From positions 1 to 43,574 of IMG/VR virus record IMGVR_UViG_2718217869_000002: a DNA stretch of 43,574 nucleotides. One strand, given 5' to 3'. The position numbers and the translations under genes were made by a program. This document shows, piece after piece, positions 42,417-43,574 of this stretch (positions are counted from its first letter, which is position 1; the number at the start of each line of letters is the position of its first letter). The notes below the pieces were generated by a model. That model did not search any database. It was not told the DNA's origin and worked only from the letters and a program-made list of their open reading frames with translations. This stretch comes from a virus (Duplodnaviria; Heunggongvirae; Uroviricota; Caudoviricetes).

Positions 42417-43574
42417 TCACTCCACCTTTTCATCAAGCCAATCCGCCCACCACTGCATCATTTCTCTGCGCTTATCGAGATACTGTGCATGGTTGTAAAT
42501 CCCGCGCACAGATCCGCCGTTGGCATGTGCCAGTTGCACTTCAATAGCGTCAGCAGGCCATTCGTGCTCGTTCATAATTGTGCTGAATTCATGCCTGAAT
42601 CCGTGACCGCTTTCCAGACCCTCATAGCCGATTTGTTTGATCACAAGCAATACCGCGTTCTCGCAGATTGGCTTCTTCTTATCGTTGCGCCCGGCAAAAA
42701 CAAACTCTGATACTGGTTTAGTGATGGAGCTTAGCGTAGTGAGAAGTTCATCCACCTGGTCTGACATAGGAACAACATGAATCTTGCGGCCCTTCATCAC
42801 ACTGGCGTCGATAGTGATAATCCTGTTTTCAAAATCGACGTTCTTCCATTGCATGGAACGAAGCTCTTTCGTTCTTAGGGCTGTGTAGCGTAAAACTTTG
42901 GTCGCAATGAGCGATACGATGCTTCCTGAAAATGTTGCAAGTGCTTTGTTAAATGCCGGGATCTGGTCTGCAGGAAGAAACGGGAAGTTCTTCTTGCGGT
43001 ATCCCTTCATGGCGTCAGCAAGGTCAGGTGCCGGGTTATATTTAGCCCTTCCGGTGACAATAGCGTAACGGAAAACCTCGCCGCATCTTCTGCGTGCTTT
43101 GTTTGCTCGCTCCATTGCGCCGCGATCTTCAAATCTGCGGATTACTTCCAACAGTTGCATCGGCTCAATATCCTGAATTTCAAGGCCGCCGATGATGGGT
43201 AAAATGTCGTCATCAAACATTTTTGCAAGTTCATTTGCATAGCCTACTGACCAGACTTGCTTCTTGTGCTCGTACCATTCCTTGTAAATGGCGCTAAAGG
43301 AGTTGTTGTTAGACGAAGCCTTTTTCGCTTTTACCGGATCGATTCCAACCGAGATGTCTTTCCTCGCAGTCCATGCTTTATCCCTTGCCTCCTGCAAAGT
43401 CATAAGCGGATATTTTCCTACGGTCAGTATTTTTTCCTTACCGTCAATCTTGTAGCGAAGCTGCCATACCTTTTTCCCGGATACAGGGACATAAAGGTAC
43501 AGGCCATTACCATCGAGAAGGCGGTATGGTTTTTCTTTCGGCTTTGCTGCTTCAATCTGCTTAACGGTGAGCAT
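42417..43574 (-). CDS. intS: Tyrosine integrase (IntS/CPS-53 type)
   Basis: 385 aa; C-terminal catalytic R..H..R..Y region (HGFRHEF..., ...LAHANG...RGIYNHAQY); start codon at window end, transcribed toward gtrA. Confidence 0.9.
   Translation of the reverse strand: MLTVKQIEAAKPKEKPYRLLDGNGLYLYVPVSGKKVWQLRYKIDGKEKILTVGKYPLMTLQEARDKAWTARKDISVGIDPVKAKKASSNNNSFSAIYKEWYEHKKQVWSVGYANELAKMFDDDILPIIGGLEIQDIEPMQLLEVIRRFEDRGAMERANKARRRCGEVFRYAIVTGRAKYNPAPDLADAMKGYRKKNFPFLPADQIPAFNKALATFSGSIVSLIATKVLRYTALRTKELRSMQWKNVDFENRIITIDASVMKGRKIHVVPMSDQVDELLTTLSSITKPVSEFVFAGRNDKKKPICENAVLLVIKQIGYEGLESGHGFRHEFSTIMNEHEWPADAIEVQLAHANGGSVRGIYNHAQYLDKRREMMQWWADWLDEKVE

Overview
This window is one junction of a chromosomal island plus an almost complete, mosaic lambdoid prophage of roughly 42 kb, read from sequence alone. 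It opens with the sucrose permease gene cscB (1-1248). A 15-nt copy of the 3' end of tRNA-Arg (argW) at 1690-1704 looks like the attR core, followed by a TorI/AlpA-type excisionase gene. The prophage then runs in lambda order: a leftward early operon (accessory genes, 3'-5' exonuclease, SSB, Rad52-like annealase, cIII, N), a phage 434-type immunity region (cI, cro, three 14-bp operators each at OL and OR, nutL, nutR, cII), O-like initiator with iterons, DnaB-like helicase, lambda-like nin genes, Q, and a lambda-type lysis cassette (S, R, Rz/Rz1). Morphogenesis genes are P22/Sf6-like (small and large terminase, portal, scaffold, coat, gp4/10/26/14/7/20/16 homologues, tailspike). The right end carries mnt, a gtrA-gtrB-gtrC serotype-conversion module and an IntS-type integrase whose start codon is at the window edge, so argW/attL should lie just beyond 43574. 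The most striking observation is that the N antiterminator gene is split by an IS21-family element (istA/istB) with inverted-repeat ends and a 4-bp CGCG target duplication, so the prophage is probably defective for lytic development. I found no CRISPR array, no intact tRNA gene and no recognisable toxin cargo. The best candidates for undescribed functions are single lysogeny-expressed genes of unknown function: a secreted protein translationally coupled to cI at the rex position, a lipoprotein downstream of an orphan mnt at the sieA position, and a string of coupled unknown ORFs in the early-left accessory region. All identifications rest on reading the translations and on remembered family sequences; no searches were run.
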